Source: the human T2T-CHM13v2.0 reference genome, Homo sapiens
DNA: 64,000 nt
NCBI RefSeq assembly: GCF_009914755.1
Contig: NC_060930.1
Reading direction: 5' to 3' (one strand)
The position numbers and the translations under genes are program-made. The notes below the pieces were generated by a model. It did no database searches, was not told where the DNA came from, and saw nothing but the letters and a program-made list of their open reading frames with translations. Of the stretch, positions 62,654-64,000 are shown piece after piece; within the stretch, counting starts at the first letter, position 1; each line of letters opens with the position of its first letter.

Positions 62654-63129
62654 AACCAGATGACCAGTGCATCCACACTCCCCTCAACCAGATGACCAGT
62701 GCATTCACAGTCTCCCCAACCAGATGACCAGTGAATCCACAGTACCACAAACCAGATGACCAGTGCATCCACAGTTCCCCAATCAGATGACCACTTCATC
62801 CACAGTCCCATCAACTACATGGCCAGTGCATCCAAAGCCCCCCCAGCCAGATGACCAGTGCATCCACAGTCTCTCCAGCCAGATGACCAGTGCATCCACA
62901 GTCTCCCCAGCCAGATGACCAGTGCATCCACAGTCCCCTCTGCCAAATGACCAGTGCATCCACAGTCCCCCAAGCCAGATGACCAGTGCATCCACAGTCC
63001 CCCCAACCAGATCACTAGTGCATCCACAGTCTCCCCTACTAGATGACCAGTTCATCCATAGTCCCCACAACTAGATGACCAGTGCACCCACAGTACCCCC
63101 CAGCCAAATACCCAGTACATCTACAGTCT
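62654..63129. repeat. 32-bp minisatellite (VNTR), about 15 copies
   Basis: Consensus a(a/g)ccagatgaccagtgcatccacagtc(c/t)cccc; units start at 62654, 62686, 62718, 62750, 62781, 62813, 62845, 62877, 62909, 62941, 62973, 63005, 63037, 63069, 63102. Confidence 0.97.
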
Positions 63130-63265
63130 GTGTTTGTGTGTTCACATGCATGTACATGAGGGTATGTGTATCTGTGGCAAGGGGGCAAGCACATCATGTA
63201 TGGAAGTGTCAGAGGAGATGTCTCAAAGACTGAGCCTTAATTTGGCATAAAATTCAAAGGAGATA

Positions 63266-63306
63266 CATTGTGCATATGTACCCTAGAACTTAAAGTATAA
63301 TAAAAA
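63266..63306 (+). mobile_element. Ultra-short L1PA 3' terminus
   Basis: cattgtgcatatgtaccctagaacttaaagtataat plus A tail; perfect 17-bp TSD aaaattcaaaggagata at 63249-63265 and 63307-63323. Confidence 0.9.
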
Positions 63307-63957
63307 AAAATTCAAAGGAGATAAACAATGACATTTTATTTGGTCCATAAGAAGGATATCTCAATGACTGTAAACAACTAAAGGATAAGGTGTATGTGCT
63401 GCCGAAGTGAGCTCTTAAGGATAAAGAACACAATGTAGGAATCATTGAAAGTTAGAGGCAGACAGGATCTTACAAATCTTAAAATTCTTCCATTTTTCTA
63501 GGTGATGATGAGGCCCACATGGCGAAGTGACCTCTTAGAGGCCACCCTAGATTAAGATCCAGTCCTCGTGGCTTCCCAGCCTTCCCTCTTTCCATCACAC
63601 TCACCTGCCATTCTCTAAATTCTGCTGACTTCCCAGTGCATGGAATTCTGTGAAATTTGGAGAGTTGGCCATTTGACAAACACAATCCACACACTTCTGC
63701 TCTCCTGGGCAGCCTCTGGTTTCATTCCCTGCCAACCTTGAATCAGGCATAGCTCTTTGTTATACACCCTGTCCCCCAGGCTAATCCACCCCATGGAGCA
63801 TCACTGAGGAATGTAGGTTTTACTGGAAATCAAGAGGGGAGACTAATAAAAATCCTCATTAAAAACATGTACCATCTACTCCAAAGTTACCCTTAGGCTA
63901 TAGACCTTTCCTTCCTGTCTCCTAACCTTCCCGACCCACTTCTGTGTCTCTTTCTCC

Positions 63958-63959
63958 CA

Positions 63960-63998
<39 letters not shown>
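63958..63998. repeat. (CT)n(CA)n compound microsatellite
   Basis: Directly visible. Confidence 0.95.
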
Positions 63999-64000
63999 TG

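Noticed and set aside
62512-63070. Three overlapping - strand ORFs with repeating peptides (VDALVIW, LWMHWSSG, DCGCTGHL)
   Set aside because: The 32-bp VNTR unit is not a multiple of 3, so the same three peptides cycle through all frames; a repeat artefact
62654-63129. CRISPR-like array (32-bp repeats)
   Set aside because: Units are directly adjacent with no unique spacers, there are no cas genes, and the context is a primate genome

Overview
This is primate genomic DNA, most likely human: it carries AluY/AluS/AluJ, L1PA, MIR, L2, MaLR and MER elements. It is intergenic or intronic. I find no credible protein-coding exon, rRNA, tRNA or CRISPR array. The supplied ORFs are chance ORFs, microsatellite/VNTR translations, or decayed Alu/L1 reading frames. 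I cannot name the locus. A large share of the window is transposable-element debris, and several insertions have clean target-site duplications (TSDs) or are nested. The unique sequence contains motif-dense candidate enhancers (about 2.8-3.0, 6.2, 6.8-7.2, 24, 40.2 and 51.5 kb) and four strong + strand splice acceptors, one bounding a possible 10-nt microexon. The sequence alone does not support a new biological system. The best leads are: an alternating-orientation AACATCTGG hairpin element at 24.7-24.9 kb, the nearby microexon candidate at 25513, a nested palindromic insertion at 36.2-36.4 kb, and a 32-bp E-box VNTR at 62.7-63.1 kb. Repeat subfamily names come from recalled consensus sequences, and boundaries without a TSD are approximate. 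Both need RepeatMasker/Dfam confirmation.
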